Position numbers and translations under genes: made by a program. The notes beneath the pieces are model-generated. The model was not told the DNA's origin. It saw only the letters and a list, made by a program, of their open reading frames with translations, and ran no database searches. 64,000 nucleotides of DNA from an uncultured Candidatus Saccharibacteria bacterium (GTDB lineage Bacteria; Patescibacteriota; Saccharimonadia; Saccharimonadales; JAGQNJ01), in the NCBI GenBank assembly GCA_964590205.1, contig CAZPVO010000001.1:175873-239872 (forward strand), written 5' to 3'. Shown piece after piece: positions 8,925-16,682 of the stretch; position 1 is the stretch's first letter, and each line of letters starts with the position of its first letter.

Positions 8925-10173
8925 TTTTTGACAGTTCGTTTTTAATCGTATCTGACGGTGAATGCGTACGCTTTGCGAGCAAGATAAACGGTAGTGCCAA
9001 AATCTCAAACGCGGCACCCACAACATAAGATGTGCCGTATCCCCAAACGTCGGCTGTTTTACCAAGAATAGGTTGAATCACAGCCGCCCCAGCTGAGCCG
9101 AGCAAATTGTCAGATGATAACAGCGTGGCTCGTTGTGCAGACGGAATTAAACCATTGAGGTAAGACATGCGAACTGGAACGCTCGCAGCATACAAAGCTC
9201 CCCAAATTGCTAGCAAAATTAGCACAAGCCAGAAGTTAGATGTCAGTCCGATTGCAGCGAGTGTTGCAGCACCAAACGCAATGTTGAAGAACAAGAATGA
9301 TGTGCGTTTTTTGAAAATCTTGCCAACAAACGGAACGCTCAAGCCACCAATAATTTGCGTGCCGGCCACAATTGCTGCGGCCAATCCGGCTATAGCATAC
9401 GCAGACTGCTTACCGTACAACTGAAGTAAATACGGTTGCATAGCATAGAATGCGTAGAACAATACACCGCTCACAAACGGACCGGACAGCATAATCCAAC
9501 GAACTGACGGTCTGCGCAGACCTTGGTCCCATGAGGCTTTGACAATTTTGCGCATTTCTGTGCCAACGCGTTCGCTCTTTCGCGGTGTAAAGCCGACATC
9601 CTTCATGAGTATAAACGCCACAATAAAAGTGAGTGCCAAAGCGGCTGAGCGCAAAATATACGGCACTCCGAGATTAGTGACCTGCGCGATCACACCACCG
9701 CCAATTGTTCCGGTCAGCATAGCGATTCCGCCAGCGATTTGGCCTTTGGCAAACGCACTATCGAGCGATTTTTTATAACCGGTGGCTTTCAGTCCGTCAA
9801 CCAGCCACGCTTCGGTTGCACCAGAGAAGAATGTAAAGCCAAGTCCAAGCAAAATTGAAACTATCGCCCACCAAACAAATGGTCCATGAATCTTCCATAA
9901 ATACAGATACATTAAAGTTGATATAAACAGAGTGGCAGAACCCAGTAAATATGAAGCACGACGACCCACTGTATCAGCTACCACACCGGTCGGTACTTCA
10001 AACACCACTTGACCGACTGTGAAAAAGGCATTGGCCGCAAATGCTTGAGTAATCGATAGCCCAGCATTGAGCAAGAAGAGAGTGTTAATTCCCCAAATAA
10101 ATGAAGAGGCAAAAGTAGATAACAAAGTTAGCGTCACATACGTTCGCAAAATCTGTTTAGGAGTAGGCCGCAT
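8899..10173 (-). CDS. MFS transporter
   Basis: About 12 predicted TM helices and a GVVADTVGRR loop (the MFS D-R/K-x-G-R-R/K motif between TM2 and TM3). The start is refined to ATG at 10173. Confidence 0.75.
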   Translation of the reverse strand: MRPTPKQILRTYVTLTLLSTFASSFIWGINTLFLLNAGLSITQAFAANAFFTVGQVVFEVPTGVVADTVGRRASYLLGSATLFISTLMYLYLWKIHGPFVWWAIVSILLGLGFTFFSGATEAWLVDGLKATGYKKSLDSAFAKGQIAGGIAMLTGTIGGGVIAQVTNLGVPYILRSAALALTFIVAFILMKDVGFTPRKSERVGTEMRKIVKASWDQGLRRPSVRWIMLSGPFVSGVLFYAFYAMQPYLLQLYGKQSAYAIAGLAAAIVAGTQIIGGLSVPFVGKIFKKRTSFLFFNIAFGAATLAAIGLTSNFWLVLILLAIWGALYAASVPVRMSYLNGLIPSAQRATLLSSDNLLGSAGAAVIQPILGKTADVWGYGTSYVVGAAFEILALPFILLAKRTHSPSDTIKNELSKTTDARPQA

Positions 10174-10233
10174 GAGAACTATTGTAACTGAACTAGTCAA
10201 ATTTGGGCGTACAATATAAGTAAGGAGGGCATT

Positions 10234-10437
10234 ATGGCAAAAGGAAAAAATGCAAGTGTAAAAGTAATTGATAAGAGTGGACCAACCGGCTTTGTGCTTT
10301 TTGTGGCTTGGATAGGCGCATTGGTTTATTTTGTGCAACAATCGTTTGGCTTTTGGGGTTTTGTTTTGGCCGTGCTCAAATCATTTGTTTGGCCAGCCTA
10401 TGTGCTGTATCACATCATGCAGGTTCTTAGAGTTTAA
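10234..10437 (+). CDS. Small two-TM membrane protein
   Basis: TACAAT at 10210-10215 and SD aaggaggg precede the ATG. The body is hydrophobic. Confidence 0.55.
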   Translation: MAKGKNASVKVIDKSGPTGFVLFVAWIGALVYFVQQSFGFWGFVLAVLKSFVWPAYVLYHIMQVLRV

Positions 10438-10617
10438 ATGAACACCTACACTTCGACTTTAATTGTACTGCTCGATTTTATTGTGATCATCATGCTGTTA
10501 CGAGACTGCTTTTATAATGCCAAAAATCATAAAGAAATTTGGCTTGTAGTTATCATCATAACAGGTGTCATCGGCTATTTATTTTTTTACTTTTCTGGTG
10601 ATCGGGCACAAACGTAA
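10438..10617 (+). CDS. 59-aa two-TM protein, PLD-nuclease-N-terminal (PLDc_N)-like; not in the supplied ORF track
   Basis: My own translation: MNTYTSTLIVLLDFIVIIMLLRDCFYNAKNHKEIWLVVIIITGVIGYLFFYFSGDRAQT. The ATG directly abuts the previous stop (taaATG). The stop lies 2 nt before the next ATG. Confidence 0.5.
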   Translation: MNTYTSTLIVLLDFIVIIMLLRDCFYNAKNHKEIWLVVIIITGVIGYLFFYFSGDRAQT

Positions 10618-10619
10618 CT

Positions 10620-11255
10620 ATGGCGCGAGATACACAGACATTTTCAGCTCGTCGACTCGAGGCCTTAACGGACGGTGTTTTTGCAATTGCAATGACGCTG
10701 TTGGTGCTGGACTTGAAAGTGCCAGAATTAGGTGAAGCGGCTACGAATCATCAGTTATGGCAGGCACTCGGCAATATGCAAACAATCATTGGCAGCTTTG
10801 TGGTAAGCTTTTTGGTTTTAGGCAGTATGTGGGCAGTGCATGTCAGGCAATTTGAATATATAACGAAAGCTGACCGCCATTTGACCATGATTAACACACT
10901 GCGCTTGCTGGTAGTCGTGACAATCCCGTTTACGACAAATCTGAACGGAACCTACCCAGACCTGACATTAGCAAACTTGCTGTTTGGACTTAACTTTTTA
11001 ATTTTGGCATTGGTCAGTTGGTGGCAGTGGAGTTACGCCACAAGACAAGGCAGTACTTTGTGTGAAAATATAACCAAAAATGAAATAGTTAGAGCTCGAA
11101 ATCGTAATATCGTCATAAGTGGCATGATGGCCATCATTATAATTTTGTCGTTATTCATTGGCCAGGCGGCTTTCCTTGTTTTTGTATTCACTGGCCCAAT
11201 ACTTGTTCTATTCACAAGGCATATAAAAGATACTCCGCAAAAATCACAACGCTAG
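10620..11255 (+). CDS. TMEM175/DUF1211-family putative K+ channel
   Basis: N-terminal signature RRLEALTDGVFAIAMTLLVLDL (the RxxxFSDGVFAIAITLL type) and 5-6 TM helices. Confidence 0.7.
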   Translation: MARDTQTFSARRLEALTDGVFAIAMTLLVLDLKVPELGEAATNHQLWQALGNMQTIIGSFVVSFLVLGSMWAVHVRQFEYITKADRHLTMINTLRLLVVVTIPFTTNLNGTYPDLTLANLLFGLNFLILALVSWWQWSYATRQGSTLCENITKNEIVRARNRNIVISGMMAIIIILSLFIGQAAFLVFVFTGPILVLFTRHIKDTPQKSQR

Positions 11256-11345
11256 TACCCTGTTAAATGAACTAAATTTGCGTAGATCAGTGAAAAAAGC
11301 TATAGTTTACTTACTAGTTACTAATATAAATAAGGAAACTAATCT

Positions 11346-11531
11346 ATGGGTCCACAAGACGATAATCAACCAGCAAACGACCAACCAGCTGACAATGGTG
11401 CTGCAGGCGACCAGCCAGTAGTTCCTCCAACACCTCCTGCAGGTGACGAACCGGAAGCACCAGCTCCAGAAGAGCCAAGTGCACCAGCCGATCCAGCTGC
11501 ACCAGCACCTGGTGGCGATCAACAAGTCTAG
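11346..11531 (+). CDS. Acidic Pro/Ala/Asp-rich 61-aa protein (low complexity)
   Basis: aaggaa lies 8 nt before the ATG. A strong hairpin follows at 11563-11590. No recognisable domain. Confidence 0.35.
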   Translation: MGPQDDNQPANDQPADNGAAGDQPVVPPTPPAGDEPEAPAPEEPSAPADPAAPAPGGDQQV

Positions 11532-11535
11532 TTAG

Positions 11536-12333
11536 TTATTGAACTTGAATTGACTTAATGATATCAACAGCCTGTTTATAGGCTGTTGATTCTTTATAGC
11601 TATCTGTCGAAACTTTATAAGTTTGAAGACCATCTTTGAAGTCTTTACTGCTAAAGCCGCCACCTATAATAAGCGTCTCGGCTTCTTTCCCATAATTTGG
11701 TCCAAGCGTTTCGCCTTTTTGCAAATTAAAATTGCCGGCAATTAAAAAGTAAGCAAAATTGTCTGGCTGATCAAGCCCAAAGTTAGTCAGATATGTTTCC
11801 TTGCGTTGTGAGGCTGTTGGTTGTGTGTAGACGATTTTTTCACTTGGCTCGATAGCATATCCCCGACCAATGTATTTACTGTCAGTCTCCTGGGCACCTT
11901 GGCGTACATACACGCGGAAGTTGCCAGTGACAGTACCCTTATCGATCGTTTGAAAGTTAAATTCAGGCGATTCAATTTTAAATGAGCCCACGTCTTCGGT
12001 AACTTTCCAGTTTTCTGGATAAGCCAGCGTCATGCGCATGACATTATTGGTATACGATTTTGTTGTAGTGGTGGTTGTATACGGTGCTTGTGTGTTTTGA
12101 GCTTCGCCGCTACCAGCTGGTGTATTTGAGGACGAAGGCTTGGCTTTCTTTTGGGTTAGCTTCCAGATTCCCAGTCCAGCAAGTGCTAAAACAATAACTA
12201 CGACTACAATGATTGCAATTTTCTTGCCGGCTTTTTTAGGAGACTTTTGAGGTGGCGGCGCAAATTGGTGCGTCGTATCGTCTTCTGGGAGTTCCAGCGG
12301 TCCACCAAGTGGTGAATCTGAATTTTCTGCCAT
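11536..12333 (-). CDS. N-terminally anchored extracellular protein with a (L/F)xYPxxW domain
   Basis: One TM helix (KIAIIVVVVIVLALAGLGIW), a Ser/Thr linker, then LAYPENWKV. The same motif occurs in the pilin-like paralogs at 25978 and 27392. Confidence 0.5.
   Translation of the reverse strand: MAENSDSPLGGPLELPEDDTTHQFAPPPQKSPKKAGKKIAIIVVVVIVLALAGLGIWKLTQKKAKPSSSNTPAGSGEAQNTQAPYTTTTTTKSYTNNVMRMTLAYPENWKVTEDVGSFKIESPEFNFQTIDKGTVTGNFRVYVRQGAQETDSKYIGRGYAIEPSEKIVYTQPTASQRKETYLTNFGLDQPDNFAYFLIAGNFNLQKGETLGPNYGKEAETLIIGGGFSSKDFKDGLQTYKVSTDSYKESTAYKQAVDIIKSIQVQ
11563..11590 (+). terminator. Perfect 10-bp hairpin after the Pro-rich small ORF, embedded in the 3' coding end of the convergent gene
   Basis: atcaacagcc-tgtttata-ggctgttgat, followed by tctttat. 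Confidence 0.45.
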
Positions 12334-12427
12334 GAAAACCTCGCTTATGTCTTTTTAGTATGCACTCATCGCTCATCACTTGCAAATTGACAGTAACATC
12401 ACGCTTATGCTTGAATGAAGACAGATT

Positions 12428-12994
12428 ATGGCACAAAAACAAATACTGAAGAACTGGTTACAGCTGAGTAGTTTACGTCTAAGCCGGATTCGCTACGTTT
12501 TAATCGCAATTTTTGTGGGCGGCACATTGACCGCAGACGCTTGGCATTTAATTCCGCCTGGCACAGTTTTGCAGCGCTGGACTTACCTGGGTATTCTTGG
12601 CATTGTTAACACGGTCTTCTGGTATCTTTCACGCTCACCATCAAAAAGTGAGGCTTATTATAAGCTATTGATTATTGCTCAAATTGCTGTGGATATTCTT
12701 ATGATTTCGTTGTTTATCTATTCGCAACGAGGTATTGCCAGTCGTGGCGTGGCGCTCTACGCTTTACCAATTGTTGCCTCGGCAGTTTTGCTGACGCGCA
12801 GTGCGATTTATGCTACGGCGACCATGTGCGCGAGTGCCTATGCGCTTACCGCCATTCGCTATCAGTTCCTGCATCCTGGTGAAGCCTACAAAGTTGAACT
12901 ATACAGTGAACTCTTTGTATACTGTGCGATCTTCTTCCTGATTGCTGCAATCCTCCAGATTATCATTCGCAGTAAAAACGCTACCAGCAAATAG
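12428..12994 (+). CDS. Polytopic membrane protein, unknown function
   Basis: Five to six hydrophobic helices. No recognised motif. Confidence 0.45.
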   Translation: MAQKQILKNWLQLSSLRLSRIRYVLIAIFVGGTLTADAWHLIPPGTVLQRWTYLGILGIVNTVFWYLSRSPSKSEAYYKLLIIAQIAVDILMISLFIYSQRGIASRGVALYALPIVASAVLLTRSAIYATATMCASAYALTAIRYQFLHPGEAYKVELYSELFVYCAIFFLIAAILQIIIRSKNATSK

Positions 12995-13058
12995 TTTTGA
13001 CTTTGCAGCTATTGGGTAAGTTACGTTATAATAAAATTCTTAAGTAGTGAGGTAATTC

Positions 13059-13622
13059 ATGGCCAAAAAGCGTGAAAGGGTGTTTGCGCTCAGCGCAGCC
13101 GTCCTGTTTTTAGTAACATCATTGGGTTTTAGCGTCCTGGTTATTTATCAAATGGCCCATCAAAAGAGCCAAGATCAGGCACAACAAAACCAAGCTCAAG
13201 CGCAAAATTCTTCGAAAGGAAAACAATTGGATAACTACACCCCCGTCTCGAGTGTTCCACAATTACAAAAGATCGATCAAACTGTCGGCACAGGCACTGA
13301 AGTTCAAGAAGGTGATGCCGTGACTGTGCACTATACATTGGCACTGGCCAAAGACGGTAAAATTATTGAGACTTCCAAAGATACAGGGCAGCCAGTTACA
13401 CTAACACTTGCTCAAGGTCAGGTTATTGATGGTTGGGTACAGGGTGTGCCTGGCATGAAAGTTGGTGGTTCCAGGCGCTTGCTTATTCCGGCTGCACTTG
13501 CTTATGGCGACAAAGGCGCGCCAAATGGCGGAATCCCACCAAACACTGATTTAGTTTTTGATATCGAGGTAGTAAACACGGCTCCTGCTTCAGAGACGCA
13601 ACAGCAACCGCCTCAGCAATAA
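13059..13622 (+). CDS. FKBP-type peptidyl-prolyl cis-trans isomerase, membrane-anchored
   Basis: GDAVTVHYTLAL...GQVIDGWVQGVPGMKVGGSRRLLIPAALAYG...LVFDIEVV. N-terminal TM helix. TATAAT at 13027-13032 plus SD. Confidence 0.85.
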   Translation: MAKKRERVFALSAAVLFLVTSLGFSVLVIYQMAHQKSQDQAQQNQAQAQNSSKGKQLDNYTPVSSVPQLQKIDQTVGTGTEVQEGDAVTVHYTLALAKDGKIIETSKDTGQPVTLTLAQGQVIDGWVQGVPGMKVGGSRRLLIPAALAYGDKGAPNGGIPPNTDLVFDIEVVNTAPASETQQQPPQQ

Positions 13623-13643
13623 AAAACACAACATGTGGGGGTA

Positions 13644-13672
13644 TTGAAATAAACATAAACACTAGGTACAAT
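13644..13672 (+). promoter_or_regulatory. Sigma70-type promoter of the glutaredoxin-like gene, with a long leader
   Basis: TTGAAA-17 nt-TACAAT. It predicts an approx. 120-nt 5' UTR. Confidence 0.55.
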
Positions 13673-13711
13673 AGAGATACAAAAGTACATTAAATATAAA
13701 ACTAACAAAAA

Positions 13712-13783
13712 ATCGAACTTTCAGGCGCCAAATTGTGGATCCAAAGCTCACCAGAGTAGTGGTTTTTGGCCTCAAATTTCGAT
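13712..13783 (+). promoter_or_regulatory. Structured 5'-leader candidate upstream of the glutaredoxin-like gene
   Basis: atcgaactttcag (13712-13724) pairs with ctcaaatttcgat (13771-13783) at 11 of 13 positions. This stacks on gccaaa (13727-13732) paired with tttggc (13765-13770). Confidence 0.3.
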
Positions 13784-13802
13784 CGAACAATAAGGGGATA
13801 AT

Positions 13803-14051
13803 ATGGCTAAAGACATTACAATTTACACTACCAACACCTGCGCCTACTGCGTGATGGTCAAAAGGTGGCTACAAGCAAAGGGAATGTCTTACAACGAAAT
13901 TAATTTGGACGAGAATCCTGACAAGCAGTCCGAAGCATTGGAGCTTTCCGGAGCATTGAGTGTTCCTGTTACTGTTGTTACAAAACATGATGACAGTCGA
14001 GAAGTTGTTATTGGGTATAATTTATCTCAACTAGCCCCAGCTGTCGCTTAA
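13803..14051 (+). CDS. Glutaredoxin-like protein (NrdH/Grx family)
   Basis: CAYC redox motif at residues 13-16, VPV and GYN motifs, 82 aa. SD aagggga. Confidence 0.75.
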   Translation: MAKDITIYTTNTCAYCVMVKRWLQAKGMSYNEINLDENPDKQSEALELSGALSVPVTVVTKHDDSREVVIGYNLSQLAPAVA

Positions 14052-14172
14052 AGATCTATTTTGAACGGCACAGTGCGGTGTCGAAGCTTCCGTGCTTCGT
14101 TCACCGTACTTTTATGTACGGCTCACTCCAGTACTCAACTTCTCCTAGCACTGCATTCGTCAAAATAAATCT
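14052..14172. repeat. Palindromic intergenic element, copy B (between the grx-like gene and trxB)
   Basis: The arms agatctattttgaacggcacagtgc... (14052 onward) and ...gcactgcattcgtcaaaataaatct (ending 14172) are largely complementary. Central perfect hairpin ccgtac-ttttat-gtacgg at 14104-14121. Confidence 0.5.
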
Positions 14173-14184
14173 AATAACGTGAGG

Positions 14185-14190
14185 TATAAT
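14185..14190 (+). promoter_or_regulatory. -10 box TATAAT, 10 nt before the trxB ATG
   Basis: Direct read; no SD in between. Confidence 0.45.
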
Positions 14191-14200
14191 AAACGAACAT

Positions 14201-15130
14201 ATGAGTGAGGAAAAACAGAAGATCCATGAGCTAGTAATTGTTGGAGCTGGGCCGGCGGCGCTCAGTGCGGCGATCTATACAACTCGTGAAGATATTGAGA
14301 CGGTATTGCTCGAAAAAGCAGTTCCAGGGGGGCTAGCTGCAGTTACAGATTGGGTTGATAATTATCCCGGCTTTCCAAAAGGCATCTCGGGCCTCGATTT
14401 GGCTGATAACCTGCGCCAGCAAGCCGAGCGCTTCGGTGCTGTTATCGAACCTGCCGAAGTAACGGCTATTGAAGACGAAGGCGATCATAAAGTACTAACA
14501 ACGACGGACGGCGAAGTAAAAGCTCGTGCGGTGCTCATTGCTACAGGTTCGGACTACAAAAAAATTGGCGTGCCTGGCGAAAAAGAGTTTTATGCCCGCG
14601 GCGTGCATTACTGCGCCACCTGTGATGGCGCATTTTACCGCGACAAAAAAATCGTTGTGGTTGGTGGTGGTAATTCGGCAGTTCAGGAAGCTTTATTTTT
14701 GACAAGGTTTGCCAGCCATATTGATATGCTGGTCCGCAGCACACTCAAAGCCTCGGATGTCCTCATTCATGAATTAGAAAAAAATGACAAAATCACTGTA
14801 CATCTTGGCACGACAACTGACGAAATTGTTGGTAAAGACAACAAGGTAACAAAAGTTTTGGGCACACATGATGGTAAAAAAGTTGAATTCGAAACTGACG
14901 GTGTTTTTGTATTTGTTGGCCTGCAGCCAAATACACAGTTTTTGCAGCACAACACAGCGATTCGCTTAGACGAGATTGGTTTTGTGATTGCTGCAGAAGG
15001 GCTGCAAACTTCTATGAAAGGCGTGTTTGCCGCTGGTGATGTACGATCAGGTGCAACCATGCAAATCGCCAGCGCGGTTGGCGAAGGAGCCACAGCGGCT
15101 CTGAGAATCCGCGAATACCTAGAAAGCTAA
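14201..15130 (+). CDS. trxB: Thioredoxin-disulfide reductase
   Basis: GAGPAA FAD site, CATCDG redox centre, GGGNSA NADPH site, GDV...Q. Confidence 0.9.
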   Translation: MSEEKQKIHELVIVGAGPAALSAAIYTTREDIETVLLEKAVPGGLAAVTDWVDNYPGFPKGISGLDLADNLRQQAERFGAVIEPAEVTAIEDEGDHKVLTTTDGEVKARAVLIATGSDYKKIGVPGEKEFYARGVHYCATCDGAFYRDKKIVVVGGGNSAVQEALFLTRFASHIDMLVRSTLKASDVLIHELEKNDKITVHLGTTTDEIVGKDNKVTKVLGTHDGKKVEFETDGVFVFVGLQPNTQFLQHNTAIRLDEIGFVIAAEGLQTSMKGVFAAGDVRSGATMQIASAVGEGATAALRIREYLES

Positions 15131-15141
15131 TAGATTCCAGG

Positions 15142-15150
15142 TGGTACAAT
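15142..15150 (+). promoter_or_regulatory. Extended -10 box (TGGTACAAT) of the cupredoxin gene (SD-containing leader)
   Basis: Direct read; aggaggg SD follows. Confidence 0.5.
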
Positions 15151-15179
15151 AAATATATCCGAGTTAATAGGAGGGATAT

Positions 15180-15623
15180 ATGAACAAAGGTCTTTTAGTA
15201 GGTATTGTCGTGGTTGTCTTAGCGCTTGTCGGCGGCGGCGCATATTATGCAATGCATAACAATAAGAAAACTGATACGAGCTCAAGCTCCCAAAATATGT
15301 CGAATATGAACATGGAGCAAAGTAGTTCAAGCAGTAACTCGAGCTCATCAAGCAATGCTAGCAACAGCAACACCAATAGCGTAACAATTCAAAACTTCGC
15401 CTTTAGCCCAGCCAATATTACGGTTAAAAAAGGCACGACGGTTACATGGACGAACCAAGATAGTGTTGGTCATACGGTAACTTCAGATAGCGGCAGCACA
15501 ATGGACAGCGCTTTATTATCAAAAGGCCAGACTTACAGCATGACTTTCAATGATGTTGGCACATTTGCTTATCATTGCAAGCCGCATACCTATATGAAGG
15601 GCACCGTGACCGTTACAGAGTAA
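15180..15623 (+). CDS. Membrane-anchored cupredoxin (plastocyanin/amicyanin-like blue copper protein)
   Basis: N-terminal TM helix, Ser/Asn-rich linker, then a cupredoxin domain with type 1 Cu ligands H...C-KPH-TYM (GHTV ... YHCKPHTYMKGTVTV). Confidence 0.75.
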   Translation: MNKGLLVGIVVVVLALVGGGAYYAMHNNKKTDTSSSSQNMSNMNMEQSSSSSNSSSSSNASNSNTNSVTIQNFAFSPANITVKKGTTVTWTNQDSVGHTVTSDSGSTMDSALLSKGQTYSMTFNDVGTFAYHCKPHTYMKGTVTVTE

Positions 15624-15625
15624 TT

Positions 15626-15634
15626 TGCTACAAT
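15626..15634 (+). promoter_or_regulatory. Extended -10 box (TGCTACAAT) of ppa (SD-containing leader)
   Basis: Direct read; aaaggag SD follows. Confidence 0.5.
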
Positions 15635-15659
15635 AAATACAAATTAAAGGAGTTTAGTA

Positions 15660-16184
15660 ATGTCCCAAGATGTTGGTTATGGTGATGATGCGCCAGATGT
15701 AGTTAACGTAATTATTGAGATTCAAAAAGGTTCTCGAAATAAAATCGAGAAAGATGAAGCAACCGGACGACTGTTTTTGGACCGTGTGAACGGGACACTG
15801 CTTGGATATCCAGCTGATTACGGCTACGTGCCCAATACTCTTTGTGATGACGGCGATCCGCTGGACGCACTGGTGATTATTGACGAATCTTTGCCGCACG
15901 GTGTGGGAGTGCCTGTTCGAGCAGTTGGCGTATTGTATTTTGAAGACGACGGTGACATGGACGAAAAACTCATTTGTGTGCCAGCCAAAGACATCAGTAA
16001 AGATCACATTAAACACCTAGATGATCTTGGAGAAGCCTTCAAGAAAAACATCGAACATTTCTACAAGCACTACAAAGATTGGAAAAAAGATTGGAAAGGC
16101 GTGAGTGCCGTACTCAAAGGCTGGGGCGGTCCAGACGAAGCCAAAAAAGTCATCCAAGAATCAATTGATCGCGCCAAGAAATAG
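15660..16184 (+). CDS. ppa: Inorganic pyrophosphatase (family I)
   Basis: IIEIQKGSRNKIE, YPADYGYVP, DGDPLDALV motifs. Confidence 0.9.
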   Translation: MSQDVGYGDDAPDVVNVIIEIQKGSRNKIEKDEATGRLFLDRVNGTLLGYPADYGYVPNTLCDDGDPLDALVIIDESLPHGVGVPVRAVGVLYFEDDGDMDEKLICVPAKDISKDHIKHLDDLGEAFKKNIEHFYKHYKDWKKDWKGVSAVLKGWGGPDEAKKVIQESIDRAKK

Positions 16185-16186
16185 CT

Positions 16187-16609
16187 ATGAAAAACGTTGT
16201 CGTAGCTAAAGCTTTTGTTATTAACAATGAGGGTAAAATCCTTGCTGTAAGGCGAAGTAAAACAGATGAGCGGCGACCACTACAGTGGGATACTCCCGGA
16301 GGTTGGCTGGAACAGGGCGAAGATATTACCGAAGCAACGGCCCGAGAAGTCGAAGAAGAAGCTGGCTTAAAAGTTAACCCCCATGATTTGACGCTTGTTT
16401 TTACAAAGACTGGGATTAGAAAGCCAAAAAATGAGTCAATGAACGTTAACTGGCTCTTTTTTGTAGTTAGAACAAACGAAACAGAAGTGAAGCTGAGCTA
16501 TGAACATGATAAAGCTCAGTGGATGACTTTAGATGAAGCACTCAAAGAGTTTGAGTATGATTTACACCTAGAGGCAATTCAACACCTCAAAGACAACGAT
16601 CTTATCTAA
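16187..16609 (+). CDS. NUDIX hydrolase
   Basis: Nudix box GGWLEQGEDITEATAREVEEEAG. Confidence 0.85.
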   Translation: MKNVVVAKAFVINNEGKILAVRRSKTDERRPLQWDTPGGWLEQGEDITEATAREVEEEAGLKVNPHDLTLVFTKTGIRKPKNESMNVNWLFFVVRTNETEVKLSYEHDKAQWMTLDEALKEFEYDLHLEAIQHLKDNDLI

Positions 16610-16682
16610 ACACTTGTCTTGATAAGCTCTAGCAGTTTATAATCTGTTAGAGAAATGGATACAATTCAGACAAGGGGACAAC

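Noticed and set aside
11307-11525. Cys/Trp-rich 72-aa ORF antisense to the Pro-rich small ORF; likewise 52223-52519 antisense to the DUF4190-like gene
   Set aside because: They are mirror images of CCA/GCA-rich proline/alanine tracts (TGG/TGC codons). No SD. Implausible composition.
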